From Marsupella aquatica (taxonomy: Eukaryota; Plantae; Marchantiophyta): DNA of 64,000 bases. The notes beneath the pieces were generated by a model. The model searched no databases. It had not been told where the DNA came from and saw only the letters and a list, made by a program, of their open reading frames with translations. The stretch is taken from NCBI GenBank assembly GCA_973895155.1, contig OZ316898.1:10444286-10508285 (forward strand), read 5' to 3'. The position numbers and the translations under genes are program-made. Positions 10,879-24,900 of the stretch are shown piece by piece (the stretch's first letter is position 1; each line of letters begins with the position of its first letter).

Positions 10879-13800
10879 ATGAATTCTATTGAGAAACTCA
10901 ATTTCCAAGCTCTAAAGATTGACGGCTCTAACTACTTGTCATGGACACTAGACGTTGACTCACACTTGGCTGCCAAGAACCTACAAGATACAGTAATCAC
11001 CGATGCCGGAACGACGCTACAAGAGAAGGCCGAGGCCCTGATCCTCATCCGCCACCACCTCGAAGAACCTCTCAAACGGCAGTACATGAACGAATACAAC
11101 CCAAGGAGACTGTGGGACGACCTCAGCGATTCGACCACACACGAATTATCTTCCTGCCAGCGGCAAGACATGATTGGGTTAATTTGCGCGCCAAGACCAT
11201 AAAACGATGGCTGATTACAACAGTGAGCTATTTTGAATCGTAGCCCAACTGGCCATATGTGGGCACCCAGTGACGGACGAGGAGCAGATCAAAAAGACAT
11301 TATCAACTTTGCATTCCACAAACTTAATACTCTCGACCCAGTATCAGAACATGAACTTTACCAGATACTCCGAACTAATGGCGCACATGCTACTGGCGGA
11401 AAAACACCAACTCCTGTTACTACGGAACACCCAAGAACGCCCACCAGGCACGCTTCCACCTCAACCAAACCAAGAGTCCCATTATATAGCACCACGTTTG
11501 GAGAGGTGGAATACCACCAGAGGGAGAGGGAGAGGAACATACATGGGCCGGAGCTCTTACAACCAGGGAAGAGGCCGGAGCACCACATACTCGGGACGAG
11601 GACGAGGTCGAGGAAGATTCGGATACAGAAACAACAACACCAGAAAACCTTGGGACAGAGACACAAATAATATGAGAACCAGAGACACCCGACAACCCCC
11701 AACGTGCCACCATTGTGGAACCAAGGGCCACATCAAGAAAGTATGTAGGGCCCCAACACACCTAGTAGCACTCTACCAAAAGAGCGTATCTCCCAATGAC
11801 ACAGCCACCTACAGCACATTCATGGACTCTAGTGAGATCCTACCTGAAATCCACATTATAATCCACGATGCCAAATCATCCTCCCTTGACGAACCCAACC
11901 ACTATATTGTCGATAGCCCAACATCACACTCCATCCTGCGGGATAGAGAATACTTTAGTGAAATCCACCCATCCAACCGCAGAATCACCACAATAATGGG
12001 ACAACAGCAAATAGAGGAAGGACACGGCCCAGCGACAGTGATACTACCTGGGGGTACAACCATCAGAATACAATCCGCAATTTACGCACCAAAAGCAACC
12101 AGAAACCTGCTTAGCTTCCGTGATATCAGGGCCAATAACCTTCACATTTCTACTGGCACCCTCGACAATGAGGAAGTCCTCCACATAATCTCCGAAACCC
12201 CGACAGGAAACCAGACCAAAGAAACCTTAAAATCCTTCCCACACGGCTTTTATGTCACTCGGACCTACAACTTATACACCAATGCCACCCTACAACCCAT
12301 CACCAAAATCTGGCACAAAAGACTGGGACATCCGGGCACTACAATGTTCCAAAGAATAATTTGAAGCACCCGGGGCATCCCACCAACAGTCCACCCAACA
12401 TCAATGAAACTCGGCTGCATAGCCTGCTCCAAAGGCAAGCTGACAATAAGACCAGCACCTAACACCACTGAAAGAGAAATTCCCAATTTTCTCGAGAGAC
12501 TCCATGCGGATGTATGCGGACCCATAACCCCGCAGAGTGGCCCATTCCAATTCTTCCTCGCTATCATCTGCGCGTCATCAAAGTGGTCCAGAGTATCCCT
12601 ACTATCAACTAGAAACATGGTATTCCCCCGAATACTCGGACACATACTCCGACTAAAGGCACAGTTCCCAGACTATCCAATCAAAACATTACGAGTCGAC
12701 AACGCCGGCGAATTTACATCCAAGCACTTCGAAGACTTCTGTGCAACAGCGGGAATAGACATACAATACCCGGTGGCACATGTCCACTTCCATAACGGGA
12801 TCGCAGAATCCCTCATAAAAAGACTCCAGACCATAGCCAGACCACTCCTCATGCACACATCCCTCCCCACATCTGCCTGGGGACACGCCATATTGCACGC
12901 TACAGCTCTCCTAAGTTACAGACCATCCGCCTTTAACACTAATACACCCCACCACCTTGCCTTCGGCAATATCCCGTCCATCTCCCACCTGCGAACTTTT
13001 GGCTGCCAGGTCTTAGTACCAATTATGGGCCCCAAATGAACTAAACTGGGCCCACAACGACAGGAGGGTATATACGTTGGTTTCGATTCTACTTCCATAA
13101 TCCGATACCTAGAATCGACCATAGCAGACGTCTTCAAGGCCCGCTTCATAGACTGCCACTTCTACGAAGAAATATATCCAAAACTAAACACAGCCAACAC
13201 AACATACATGACACCAAAGACGAAGCTCACTTGGCAATTACAATCCCCATTCTGGAATGACCCGAGAACCAACCAAACAGACACAGAAGTACAGCGGATA
13301 ATACACCTCATGCAAATGATGGAAAGACTACCTGATTCCTTCGCAGATGCAGCTACAGTCACAAGATCACACGTACCAGCTGCTAATGCACCATCGAGAA
13401 TACAAGGCTTAGAACCTCCAGCCATAGAGGCAGCACCCAGGGCAAAGCGTGGGAGACCTCTCGGATCAGGTGACAAGCAACCACGCCAACACAGGTCTGT
13501 ACCCCCTACACCGGCACCCCCAACAGCACTGCTCACCATCGAACCCACTAAGGAGCATGAGGAGATAGCAATCAAATATAATAGTACCGGACACATCTGG
13601 AATCGAGAAAACACACAAGTAGACGAGCACTTTGCTTTTCATATCTCACATCAAATAGACGACGAGATCCCTGAACCAAAAACTGTACAGGAAGCACAGA
13701 CACACTCAGACTAGCCAGCTTGGGAGACGGCCATCAACTCAGAATTAGACTCACTCATATCCAGACAGGTCTTTGGACCCATCACTCCCGCACAACCCGA

Positions 13801-15421
13801 TATACATTTAACCGGATACAAGTGGACATTTGTCAAGAAAAGAAACTCTAAGGGTGAAGTTATCCGCCACAAAGCACGGCTCGTAGCCAAAGGATTCACA
13901 CAAATTCAGGGACGAGATTATGACTTAACTTACTCCCTAGTAATGGATGTAATCACTTATCGGTACCTGATAGCCTTCTCACTATACTATGGATTGATGA
14001 TGCACCAACTTGATGTGGTCATGGCTTACCTCTATGGGCACCTGGACGTCATCATACATATGGAAGCCCCCCCAGAACTGATCCAGCGCGTTGACTACCA
14101 TTGTTAGGGGAAGAAAACACCCCGAATCAAGGCACAAAACTCCACTTTCGAGCATACAAACAGAGAAGTCCTTCAAACAACCTCACAAGCAATAGCACTT
14201 CCAGCTCATTCAACACAGAACAACCATACCTCAGGAAGACCAAGACAATATGCTATGAAAGTGCTTTGATCGATGTATGGATTGAAGCAAAGCGGGCAAA
14301 CATGGTACCACCGCTTCAAGGCAGAAATGACAGCATTAGGGTTCAAGAATTCTGACATCGCACCCTGCCTCTTCATTAAGCAAGAAGACAGCAAATTCGT
14401 CATTGTGGCCATATACGTAGATGACTTAAACCTATTCGGCACCAGCCAAATACTCCTGGAAACAATCCAGCTACTTAAACGTGTCTTCAAAATGCGGGAC
14501 TTGGGGCAGACTACATACTGCCTCGGATTACAATTCGAACACCTCCCCACTGGCATTTTCCTCCATCAATCAACCTACACGAGCAAAGTCCTTAAGCAAT
14601 TTCATATGGAGAAGACAAAGGCAGTAACATCACCAATGGATCTACGATCCTTGGATAAGGAAAAAGACATTTTCCGTAAGAAATCAGAGGGAGAGCCACT
14701 ACTTGGCAGCAAAAAACCTTACCTATCTGCCATCGGAGCATTGATGTTCCTTGCAAATCAGACGAGGCCTGATATTGCATTCGTAGTGAGCCTGCTAGCT
14801 CACCATAGCGCACAACCTACAATTCAGCACTGGAACGGAGTAAAGAGAATCCTCCGTTACCTAAGCAGCACCATTGACATGGGACTACATTTCCCGGCAA
14901 ACAAAGCACACATACTAACTGGATACGCTGATGCAGGTTACCTCTCTGACCCTGCAGATGCAAAATCGCAAACCGGATACGTCTTCCTCATCGAAGCCAT
15001 AGCAATCTCATGGAAGAGTAGCAAACAAACACTCACCACGACTTCTTCCAACCACTCGGAAATTATCGCGCTTTATGAGGCAAGCAGAGAATGCCTATGG
15101 CTCCGTAATGTCATCGACCATATCTCAACACACACAAGTAAACCGACATTAGACACTCCAACTGTTAACTTTGAAGACAATCGACCATGTGTGCAACAAA
15201 TAGCCGCTGGATTTATAAAAGGTGATCGAACAAAGCACATTGCTCCTAAGTTCTTTTTCGCACATGAGCAACAGGGAAAACAGATAGACGTCCAATGGAT
15301 CCCATCACAAAATAACTGCGCAGACCTCTTTACTAAGTCACTACCGCCCACGCTCCACAAAGAACTCTCATACTCCATAGGCATGCATAGACTTTCAACA
15401 TTGCTGCAGGAACAAACCTGA
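10879..15421 (+). pseudogene. Copia-2 gag-pol, disrupted (frameshifts near 11120-11200 and six in-frame stops)
   Basis: Colinear with the Copia-1 polyprotein; stops at 11234, 12362, 13037, 13712, 14105 and 14267. Confidence 0.93.
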
Positions 15422-15932
15422 ATGCACATGAACGAGCAGCAGACAAAAACAACAAAGAGCGCATTTTGATGGATCCGGCCACTTCACGAACACAAGACAC
15501 GAACATCGATCAGGGGGAGACTCAAATTAACCTAGCACTCACGAACCAGTGAAGAGGAACACCAGCTACAAGCGGATGGAGACGAAGACAATATCAACCC
15601 AACGAATCGTTCGACATACACCTACGACTTACGGGACTTCACATAAATTAGAGTACCACTTCAATACTTTAGTCCAACGATAAGATAAATAGAACTAAAC
15701 GATTACAAACATTTTTCAGTACCTACTGTGTACATTTCACACTATAGATTAACTCTACCCACAATTGGAGAGGGATGGTGATACTCTTTCCTCCCACAAG
15801 TGCGAAGGGGAGGTTTTAATGAGATTACATCCCCCCAACAATAAACACCATACTACATGGGATAGAGTTCACATTAGAGTACACTTACAATGGCTGCCAC
15901 ATTTTCCCCCAAATGTTACACCCAAGGGGGAG

Positions 15933-16069
15933 TGTTATAACCCAGGTTAGAACCAGGTTAAGTATACTCTACTAGGGTTAAGGATAACTACCTTAACCGT
16001 TCCTCCTTAAGGAACCTATATGTATTTACTCAAGGATGAAGGAAGGATGATTGTAGTTCACGTTCAACA
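15933..16069 (+). repeat. 3' LTR of Copia-2
   Basis: Direct repeat followed by TSD TAATT. Confidence 0.97.
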
Positions 16070-16183
16070 TAATTGTCCATATATCCTTGGAAAAATTTGT
16101 ATCAACATTTGACTCCAATCATATCATGTAATGCCTTACTAAACATGACCCATATATATGTTTTGTTTTGTTGTTCATACCAG

Positions 16184-19100
16184 TTTTGCCAACCAGATCC
16201 TTCTGTATTACCTACACGCATGAGGGAATTACAAAGAGAAGCTTGGAGACAAGAAGCATTCTCAGACTCCGATGAGGAACAAGATGACTTACCCCGAACA
16301 GAGGCTTCTGTCCAGATGGATGAGGAACGTGCAATGGATGAAGTCACACTCAATTATTTTGCGGATAACGATATGGAATACGAAGGAGGACATGTGCAAC
16401 CTCGACAAGGTCATCCACACGAAAAGCTTTGGGAGGCAGCTAAGCAGCATGCAACAACTCGGATATATGAGGGAGCAAGACTTTCCCAACTTTCCACCAT
16501 ATTGGAGTTGTTGAACTTGCAATCAAAGTTTAATGTGAGCAACATTGTGATTGATTCTCTTCTTCGATCCATGCATGATCTTATTCTACCTGAGGGAAAT
16601 ACTCTGCCATCATCATGGAAGGAGGCAAAGAAGATCCTTCGTTCCATTGGAATGAAATATGAAATCATCCATGCTTGCCCGAATGATTGTATTCTTTATC
16701 GGAAAGAATATGCACATAGCACTACATGCCCAGAGTGTGAGACACCTAGGTACAAGTCAAATATGGCCACTGAGAAGGTGCCCTAGAAAGCAATGAGGTA
16801 TTTCCCCCTCATCCCTCGATTGCTTCACACATACCGTTGCTCTGATTTAGCAGAGTATCAAGTTTGGCATGCAAACCATAGGTCAGAGGAGGGTATCATG
16901 CGCATGGTAGTGGACTCACCGGCAAATAAGTTTGTAGAACAAAAATGGCCAGAGTTTGGAGGAGACCCTCGAAATGTTCGACTTGGTTTGGCCACAGATG
17001 GCATCAGACCATTCAATATTGTAGGCAAGGCGCAACCTTATTCAGTGTGGCCAGTAGTTTTAATGAACTACAACATTCCACCATGGCTCTCCATGAAGAA
17101 GGGATATTTGATACTCTCCATGATTATCCCAGGCCCTAAACAACCATCAGACATGAGTATAGAGTCGGATGTTGTATCAGAAGTATTATACCTGAAGATT
17201 GCATTACTTAGAAGTATGGATGGCTTGATAGGTGCGGGCCCTAGACTTAGGATATGTTTCAGGTCTCCAAACAAAGTGCTTTATATAGATAGTGCACACC
17301 TATCCAATTAAAATTGAAAGTATTTCCTATGATTGATTAACCATGCATGTAATTGGTAATATTTTATAACTTTTTTTTTGGTGGCTATGGTGTAGGCTTT
17401 GGATATTTGTCTGGACTCCAAACAAAGGGCTTCAAGGCTTGTCCAAGTTGTGGCCCAGACCTTGATGATGTTTCAAGGTACTCTAAGGCATGCAAAAAAT
17501 GTATTTATCTCCATCATACCAAGTATTTGGCTGCTGATCATCCATATAGAAAGGACCCATTGTACTTCCTTGACCCTTGGAATGGAGCTGATGATGATCG
17601 TCCAAAACCAAACCCCAAAGGACCTGCATATTGGAGGGATGTTTGGGAGAGAGTATCAAACCTAGGTGACCCTCTCCAATATAACAGATGTGGGATGGTA
17701 TTTTTGAGTGCATTGAATCAATTGCCATATTGGAGTGAGATGAAGATAAACCATTTGTTGGATCCCATGCACATTGAGGGTAACATTGGAAAATCCCTTA
17801 TCAAACACCTTTATGGGGAAAAGGGTGTCAATTGGAGGGAGGCTTGTGTGGAGCAAGACATGCATCTTGAGGTTTGGCCATACAAAGATGCAAGGGGACG
17901 ATTAGTACAACCATCCGCGCCTTGGGTATTATCCAAACCAGAGAGGCAGGAGTTTCGTAGATGCATTGGGGCCATGAGATTTCCCACAAACTATGGTGCC
18001 AACCTTCATAAAGCATTTGGGGAGGATGACCTGAAAAATTGGCCAAGCTATTTGAAGACGCATGATTGGCATCGCTTGTTGCAACACATAATTCCAGTAG
18101 CTATTATTGGATTGGGTACCCCAAAGCTTCAACATGCAATCTGGTCATTGGGCAAATTGTTGAGATGAATATGTGGTAAGACTGTGAAGGAGGAAGAGAT
18201 CTCACACATGGAGACCTTTGGTGCTGAGGTTCTATGTCACTTGGAAAGGGCATTACCCCCTTCTTTCTTTGACTGTCAGATTCACTTGCTAGTGCACCTA
18301 GTTCTTGAGGTTGCGTTGGCAGGTCCGGTGCATTGTCGGTGGATGTATTGGGTGGAGCGTTATATGGGAGTGCTTAAACGGCATGTGAGGAACCGGGCTA
18401 GGGTTGAAGGCAGCATAGTTGAGGGACATCTTGCAGCAGAATCCATGTTTTACATGACAAACATCATCTCTACTATTGATCCAAAAGCTCCTCGAGCTTG
18501 GGAAGAGGTCATTGATCCAGATGATGATAGATTGACCGGTTCTCATAAGAAGCGACAGTTGACCCCTACTGAGGTATCACAAATCACCACCATGATGTTA
18601 TGTAATAGTGAGCATGCAGAAAAATGGAGAGATGTGTACGAGTCTGAAAAGAGCCAAGCACGGAGGCAAAGGATATTCCCTACATTTGTGGAATACATGA
18701 GGAGAAAGGTTGAGGAATTGGAACTCATGGCACAAAGGGGGGAATCAGTTTCACACTACCCTGAGGTGTCTCCACATCTTCAGACTTTGCTTCAAGGCCC
18801 CTTATTGACGGTGTCTACTAGAACTGCCATGTGGTCAAAGGGCAGACACTTCCGGATTGCTAGAATTGATAACACCAAGGTTGTGACATTTGATTGGGTG
18901 TTACATCTCAGTTCACACAAGACTTTCGAAGTAGTCGACATGACCGCAATGTGGTGACAATTTTGGTCTCATATTATGGGAAAATTGAGGAGATCATGAC
19001 TGTGACCTATGCTTCACATACGGAGATGGAGGAAGTTCTCTTCAAGTGTAGGTGGTTTAAGAGTAATCTAGTAGGGGCCAATGCTACAATGGTTGAGGAT

Positions 19101-19327
19101 GAGTGTGGTTTCACTAGGTTGAAGACCGCTGCATCTAGCACCATCAGGCAAGATTGGTCAACTTCTGACCCATTTGCCTTTCCTCACCAGGTTGAACAGT
19201 GTTTCTACCTAGCATACCCCCCGACCCTGAGGAATGGTCAGTTGTCATCCCTTACACACCTCGTACTCGATCAGTTGTCCAGGGGGCCCCTGAGATTGTT
19301 TTAGTTCAGAACCTTGACGAGGAATGA
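16184..19327 (+). pseudogene. TnpD/TNP2-like CACTA transposase of CACTA-1 (Transposase_21, DUF4218, DUF4216-like), disrupted
   Basis: IHACPNDCILYR..CPEC, RYFPLIPRL, RNVRLGLATDG, WPVVLMNYNIPPW, DPMHIEGN, LKTHDWH, PPSFFD..HLLVHL, WMYWVERYM, YYGKIEEI, DPFAFPHQVEQCFY. Stops at 16784 and 18166, frameshifts, and an apparently missing segment near 17160-17395. Confidence 0.92.
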
Positions 19328-19647
19328 TGTGTAGTTATTAAATATGGAGAGACTAAATTATAGTTAGTATTGCACACCCCAAATGTGTTTTTTCATGATG
19401 TTTACTTGAAAGAGACCATTTAATAAATTTTGATTGTTCCCCCGCGAAAAACCCCACGGGAAGGGCGAACAGAGAAGGCCCAAAAAGGCCAGACAACAGA
19501 CCCCGCCACAGGGCAGCCCCACTAGTGTAGGGGCAGACCAAGGGCACAGGATCAACAAGCACAAAGCACAAAGCACAAGGAAAAAGAACCGCATCTACCA
19601 CCTACTCATCACATGGGCAACGAGTCACATCACAAACAACCAGCCAG

Positions 19648-22600
19648 TCACATCCCAGTGACAATGCAACCTCTGCCAAAAGAGAGCCAACCCCTACGTC
19701 TCTCATCAATCCAGGTTTTGGCCCTAAGAAGTCTGGTGCATTTCCTACCTGGAAGAGAACGGCGACTAACTGCATACAGATTCTCAGCCGCCTTAGTAAG
19801 AACCAGGCCCAAATCAAATGAGCGTCTGCCATGCAAATGGAACATATGTGTGTTCCGCCCCATCCAAAGTCGCCACAGAATCTGATGCAAAACAAAAAGT
19901 TGTGCAACCTGTTTCTCATCTTTCCCATAAGCAGCCTCCAACAAGACATTCAGACCTTGACCGAATGGCATACCCAATCCACTAAGAAAGGCCTGACATA
20001 TGCTCCAGCTTCTAACTGCATGTGTGCATCTGAAAAAAATATGGGGAATAGTCTCCAATACCTCGCAGCAAAGTTTGCAGTCTCCATTGCTTACATTGAT
20101 TTTGAGCGCACCGCTCTCCAGAAAAAAGACCCCCTACAATAATCCTCCATATAAAGGTCTTGCCTCTGACTGGCAAATCAGAGCTCCATAGCTTGGTCCA
20201 TCCCACATTCCAAACCAGCTCCGGTTGGGAGAGAGACCAAATCCTGTTCAGCCTCTCATGAGTAGAGGTTTTGGGTCTCAAAAAATCGTATACTCGACAG
20301 TTCTCAATCCTGAAGTTCCTCAGACCAGCTCCTGCATTGTCACTCCAGCGCCATTGCTTGGCATACAGGAAGTATTCAGTACAACAGAAATCTGTGCTCC
20401 ACAGACGCTCTAAGAAAGACCTGGCCAACAGCCGATGCTCAGCCGAAATACTTCGAATGTTGTGCCATCTCAAAGGAAGGTCCTTCCAGCATCCATCCTC
20501 CGTCGACCATCCATCCCCAATAGTCCTCATTCCCAGTCTGCCACAAATCGCAGCAATAGTTGTAATTGTCGCATTGGGTAGCGAATTGAAGCCAACCATG
20601 CATCTAAGAGTGTTAGAGATGCTCCACCTTGCTGGCGGTCCCATTCGTCCAGGTTCAAATGAAAGATGAGCCCTAACCAGTTCCCAACTCTTCCACAAAC
20701 CTGTCGTGTAAGGTAGACCACTAAATGAACGAGGTGAACAGAGTAAGAGCTGGTCTTGGAAGGAATAGCCATTTCTTCTAATAACCTTATAGTTCATCCA
20801 TCCCATCAACGATAAGTTTGCTGCCAACATCCGAGACCATTCCAGCTCCTGGAAGTTAAGTGCCTTAGTGAACCATTGTGAAAGAAGAGCATCAGAGTGG
20901 CTGCAAAAATCCCTGAATCCAAGTCCACCCTCCACCCTTGGACGTGCCATCCTATCCCAAGCCACCAGAGGAATTTTCTTGCCTCCAACCGCATTATAAC
21001 CCCATAAAAAGTCTCTGCTGAGAGCAATTACCTTCTTTGCTAATCCAGCAGAGGCTTTGCAGTACATAACATGATAAATAGGGATAGCAAGCAAGACTTG
21101 CTTCACAAGCAGGGAACGTTCGGTGAAAGAGAGTAATTTGTTTGACCATGCTGACAGCCTAGAGCTGATCTTGTCAAGGCAGAACTTGTGGAGTTGCTTG
21201 TGGAGCAGCCCCACGCCCAATGGAGCACCAAGGTACTTCTGAATCTCCCCTCTCCCGCTAATAAGGCAACCTGTTTTTCTCAGCCACTCTGGTACAATCT
21301 CCATAGCCAAGGGAATCACCACTGATTTCTCCAGATTCAGCTTCGCACCGGTGGCTGTCTCATAGCATTCCAGGGCAGTTTTTGTATCCTCAAAATCCTG
21401 TTCTGTAGCCGGGATAAACATCCCCACGTCATCCGCAAAGAGTCTATAGCAAATCTTGAAATCCTCTCTAATCTGCAAACCATTTAATCGTCCTCCTTCC
21501 ATCTCCACAGCAAGAAAATCCATGAGTGGCTGAGTGGAAATCACAAACAGCAGCGGCGACAGGGGGCAGCCCTGTCAAACACCACGCTTCAGCTCAAAGG
21601 AGTTAGAGAGGAAGCCATTCACCAGAGCACGAGAAGAAGCCTGTGCCAGCAACGCTTTTACTAGCATAATAAATCGTCCACTAATCCCTAACAAGTGCAT
21701 GCACTCCCAAATGTAATCATGACAAACTCTGTCAAACGCCTTTTCAAAATCAAGCTTCAGGAACAAGGCTTCTCTCTTCCGGTTGTGCACCCAATCACAT
21801 GTAAGCCAAGCAAGAGAGATGTTCTCCAGAATATGTCGCCCCGGGATAAATCCAGTCTGTTGGGGGCTAATGATCCTGTTAAGAATAGGTTTCAACCGCA
21901 GCCCAAGGATCTTTGCAATCAGCTTGTAAATCGTGTTTAACATGGTTAATGGTCTCCAATCTTTTAAAAAGCGCTTATCAGGTTTCTTAGGTATAAATTT
22001 AATTATCCCCTCACAAATTCCAGCATCTAGAGTCCCAGAAAGCCAAAATTCCTGAATCATATCCACCAGGTCTTGTCCCAGAAATCCCCAACAAGCTCTG
22101 TAGACCTCCGCAGTCAATCCATCTGGGCCAGGGGATTTGTCATTCGGTAGTAGCCACAGCACATCCTTTATCTCTTGGTAGGTTGGTAGCCTGTCCATCT
22201 AAAGGATCTCCTTGCCAGAGAGCGCAAATTGAGTATTCCTCAGCAATCTTGCTCTGGCAGCTCTCCTCACCTCCGTCTCGTCCACTGTAGAGGCAGCAGG
22301 TGAGTACAGGTTCACACAAAAATCTTCAACTTCTTTAAGGATTAACCGGGGGTCCGAGATAGATCTACCGTCCCTCCCGATCAGAGAAGTCATCGCTTCA
22401 CGAGATCGCTTAGCTTTCACAGTGGCAAAGAAGAATTTAGTCGATTCATCTCCCTCACCTAACCACTTTATTCTGGCTAGCCTGCGACCCCTGTGAGCTT
22501 CCTCTATCTCCATTGCATGTAGAGTATCTTCTGCCTCCATATAATCTGCAATATCAACTTATGAGTGAGCTTCTAAAATGGCCAACTTGAGCGAACGAAG

Positions 22601-23587
22601 TCGTGCCCAAAGAAAAGCCATCTCCACCTCCGCCGTCCTTGGTTTGGCTTGAATAGTTTTGTATGTGTGGCGCATTTTCCAGCTCCCATTTTGAAAACGT
22701 CTGAGAGGCTCTACACAGTCCCCACGTCCCTCCACCCAGGCCTCTTCAAGCAGTAGCAAATCCTCCCTGCACCGCAAAAGCGCCGGGTTTGCCATAAACA
22801 GTCTCACTTTCCCTTTCTCGTTCATCTCTTCTTCCCCTGCAAGCTTAACACTTAGTAGCACAGGGTCGTGATCCGACAGCGCAGAACCTCCCTCATGTAG
22901 AAGCTCCGCTACCTCACTCAACCAACATCCCATTTCACTTAAGTAGAACATGTCGAGCCTAGATTGTACTATCTCCCCATTCCTATTTCTTCTCCACGTG
23001 AAAGGAGGGCCCACTGCACCACCTCTGATCTCCCAAGCATCGATCAGATTGAATCTCATTTTAACGAATCTCCAGAATTCCGCCTCCCTTCCTCGAATCA
23101 ATGGTGAATTTCCCGTGGAGTCAGTTCTGCGTTTTGTCATGTTAAAATCCCCACATACAATCCAGTCGTTGTGAGGGAGCAGAGTTTTCAGGTCATTCCA
23201 AAGTAGAGCCCTTAATCATGCAGAGTTGGGAGCATAGATACTAGCAATCCCAAAACTCCCGGATCCCGTCTCCACCTCCACCCATACCGCCCTGCCCAAG
23301 TCCAACACCCCCATTCGCACCACCTTCAGCTCCGGGTGTACCAGTAGTGCGGTTCCACCCCATCCATCGTCTGGTGCTGCAGAAAAATGCTGATACGTAG
23401 GAAGAATCGCCCTGAGAGCCATGTCAAGTCGAAATTGATCCCCTTTCACTTCTTGTAATGCTAGAATTCCAAGGGGAGTCTTCAGCGATCTCACCCAATT
23501 TTTAACCACATGTTTACGATTTGGCTCACACAGGCCATAGACATTCCACGATGCTAGTCTTAAAGTGCCTTCCATCCTCCCACTCAC
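19648..23587 (-). pseudogene. LINE ORF2 (APE endonuclease, reverse transcriptase, zf-RVT), disrupted
   Basis: SWNVYGL, LQEVK, IYAPN, SRLD.FY, SDHDPV; KSPGPDG, WRPLTMLN..YK, QQTGFIPGR, KLDFEKAFDRV, FADD, KYLG; ETIPHIFFRC; several stops and frameshifts. Confidence 0.93.
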
Positions 23588-23635
23588 CCTTGCTTAATTC
23601 ATGGCACAGCACCGCTCCCCTTGGTGACAAGGAGT

Positions 23636-24566
23636 TCACAACCTATTTCTCCCTCCCGGAGACATCCCCGCTCCCAGGTGTCCTGTGGGTCCACTTATGT
23701 ATCCACTTAAAGAGCGAGCAGGCGAGACTCTAACTCGCAAAATAGTCTCCATCTTCTCCCTACCACGCAGGGCAGACAATTGGCCCACCGTCTCCCCCTC
23801 GTTCGAACTCCGAGTAGGAATTCCCTCTCCCTCTACATCAGACATGAAACCACGTGAGAACCTTAGATATCTTTGCTTCTTTGCTTCTCCTTTGGCTTTC
23901 TCAGTCTTATCATTAGGGGGGGTACGCAGCTCTTTCTTCCTAGCTCTGGCCTTGAATTTACTATGGAAGATATACGCTTCATACTCAGACATCTCAGCAT
24001 CCGATTCCTCATGAAAGGAGAAGGTCTCGTCTGCTCCAACACACAGATTGGAAGTAGGGGTACATCCTGCCATCCCGATCGGAGCCACAGTGAGGGAAAA
24101 AGCCGGCCCAAAGCAGGGCGCATTCGCGTCCAAAGGAGGGTCCCTGTCAAACTCATTCCTCAGCATATCAGATGGGTTATCCAACCTAATCGTTTCAGAC
24201 TGTAACGCAACTGTCTCCGTAGGGGGGCACAAGTCACATACACCCACATCCACGTTTGTAGTGATGCTCAAAGGGTCCTTGTCTACTTGCTGCACCGTGT
24301 CCTTATCACGAGCCACCGTCTCTAAGGGCACAGGATTAAGCAATGACTCCACCTGCTCGCTATCATCTTCAACCGATACAGTCACCGGCCTTGGTGGGGG
24401 CACCTTAGCAGCACAAAACAACGCTCTAGCCTCAGTATTAGCCTCTGCTCTTCAGATTTCCTTGGGGTCAGCCTCCGAGTGGCGCTTATTGTCCTTCACT
24501 TCTGGTGGGTCAACTTCCTTCTGAGTCTTATCTGCCGTCTCTAAATTCTCTTGGCAGTTGCGCGCC
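23636..24566 (-). pseudogene. LINE ORF1, C-terminal part
   Basis: Continues the zinc knuckle (…LARNCQE) after the CACTA-2 insertion; low-complexity tail runs up to ORF2. Confidence 0.75.
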
Positions 24567-24599
24567 AGGCACTAGTAGAAACCGGGGGGTATTTAGACC

Positions 24600-24900
24600 C
24601 CATTAAACGACTATTCAGTACCGTATAGGACTTGGAAACGACTGGGAAGGACTCCAGTCCTTTATAGGACTGCGAGTCGTATGTTTTGTTACTATAATCA
24701 ACTGAGTCCTTTATAGAACTGGTTTATAAGTCGTTTAATAGACTGGATTTTCAGTCTATTTTAGTCTTTGTGTGGGTAGCTTTGGTGAGTCGTTTTCAGT
24801 CTTTTATGGGCTGAGATGGTGAGTCGTTGGGAACGACTAAAAAGGTTATGGAGGGTAGTCTTTAAATATACTTTGTGGGGTATGTATAAGTCTTTCATGT
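24600..24900. repeat. Left subterminal repeats of CACTA-2 (AGTCGT/AGTCTT and ACGACT/AGGACT cores)
   Basis: Many AGTC/GACT copies in both orientations; a similar cluster lies at about 40670-40880. Confidence 0.7.

Larger units (their letters stand above)
10284..16069 (+). mobile_element. Ty1/copia LTR retrotransposon (Bianca-like), Copia-2, a different family from Copia-1
   Basis: 137-bp LTRs at 10284-10420 and 15933-16069 (2 mismatches), TSD TAATT (10279-10283, 16070-16074), PBS CATTATCAGCACGA 10421-10434, PPT AAGGGGGAG 15924-15932. Confidence 0.97.

Noticed and set aside
234-16069. Copia-1 and Copia-2 as a tandem duplication or one recombinant element
   Set aside because: Different LTR sequences, separate perfect TSDs and diverged proteins show independent insertions
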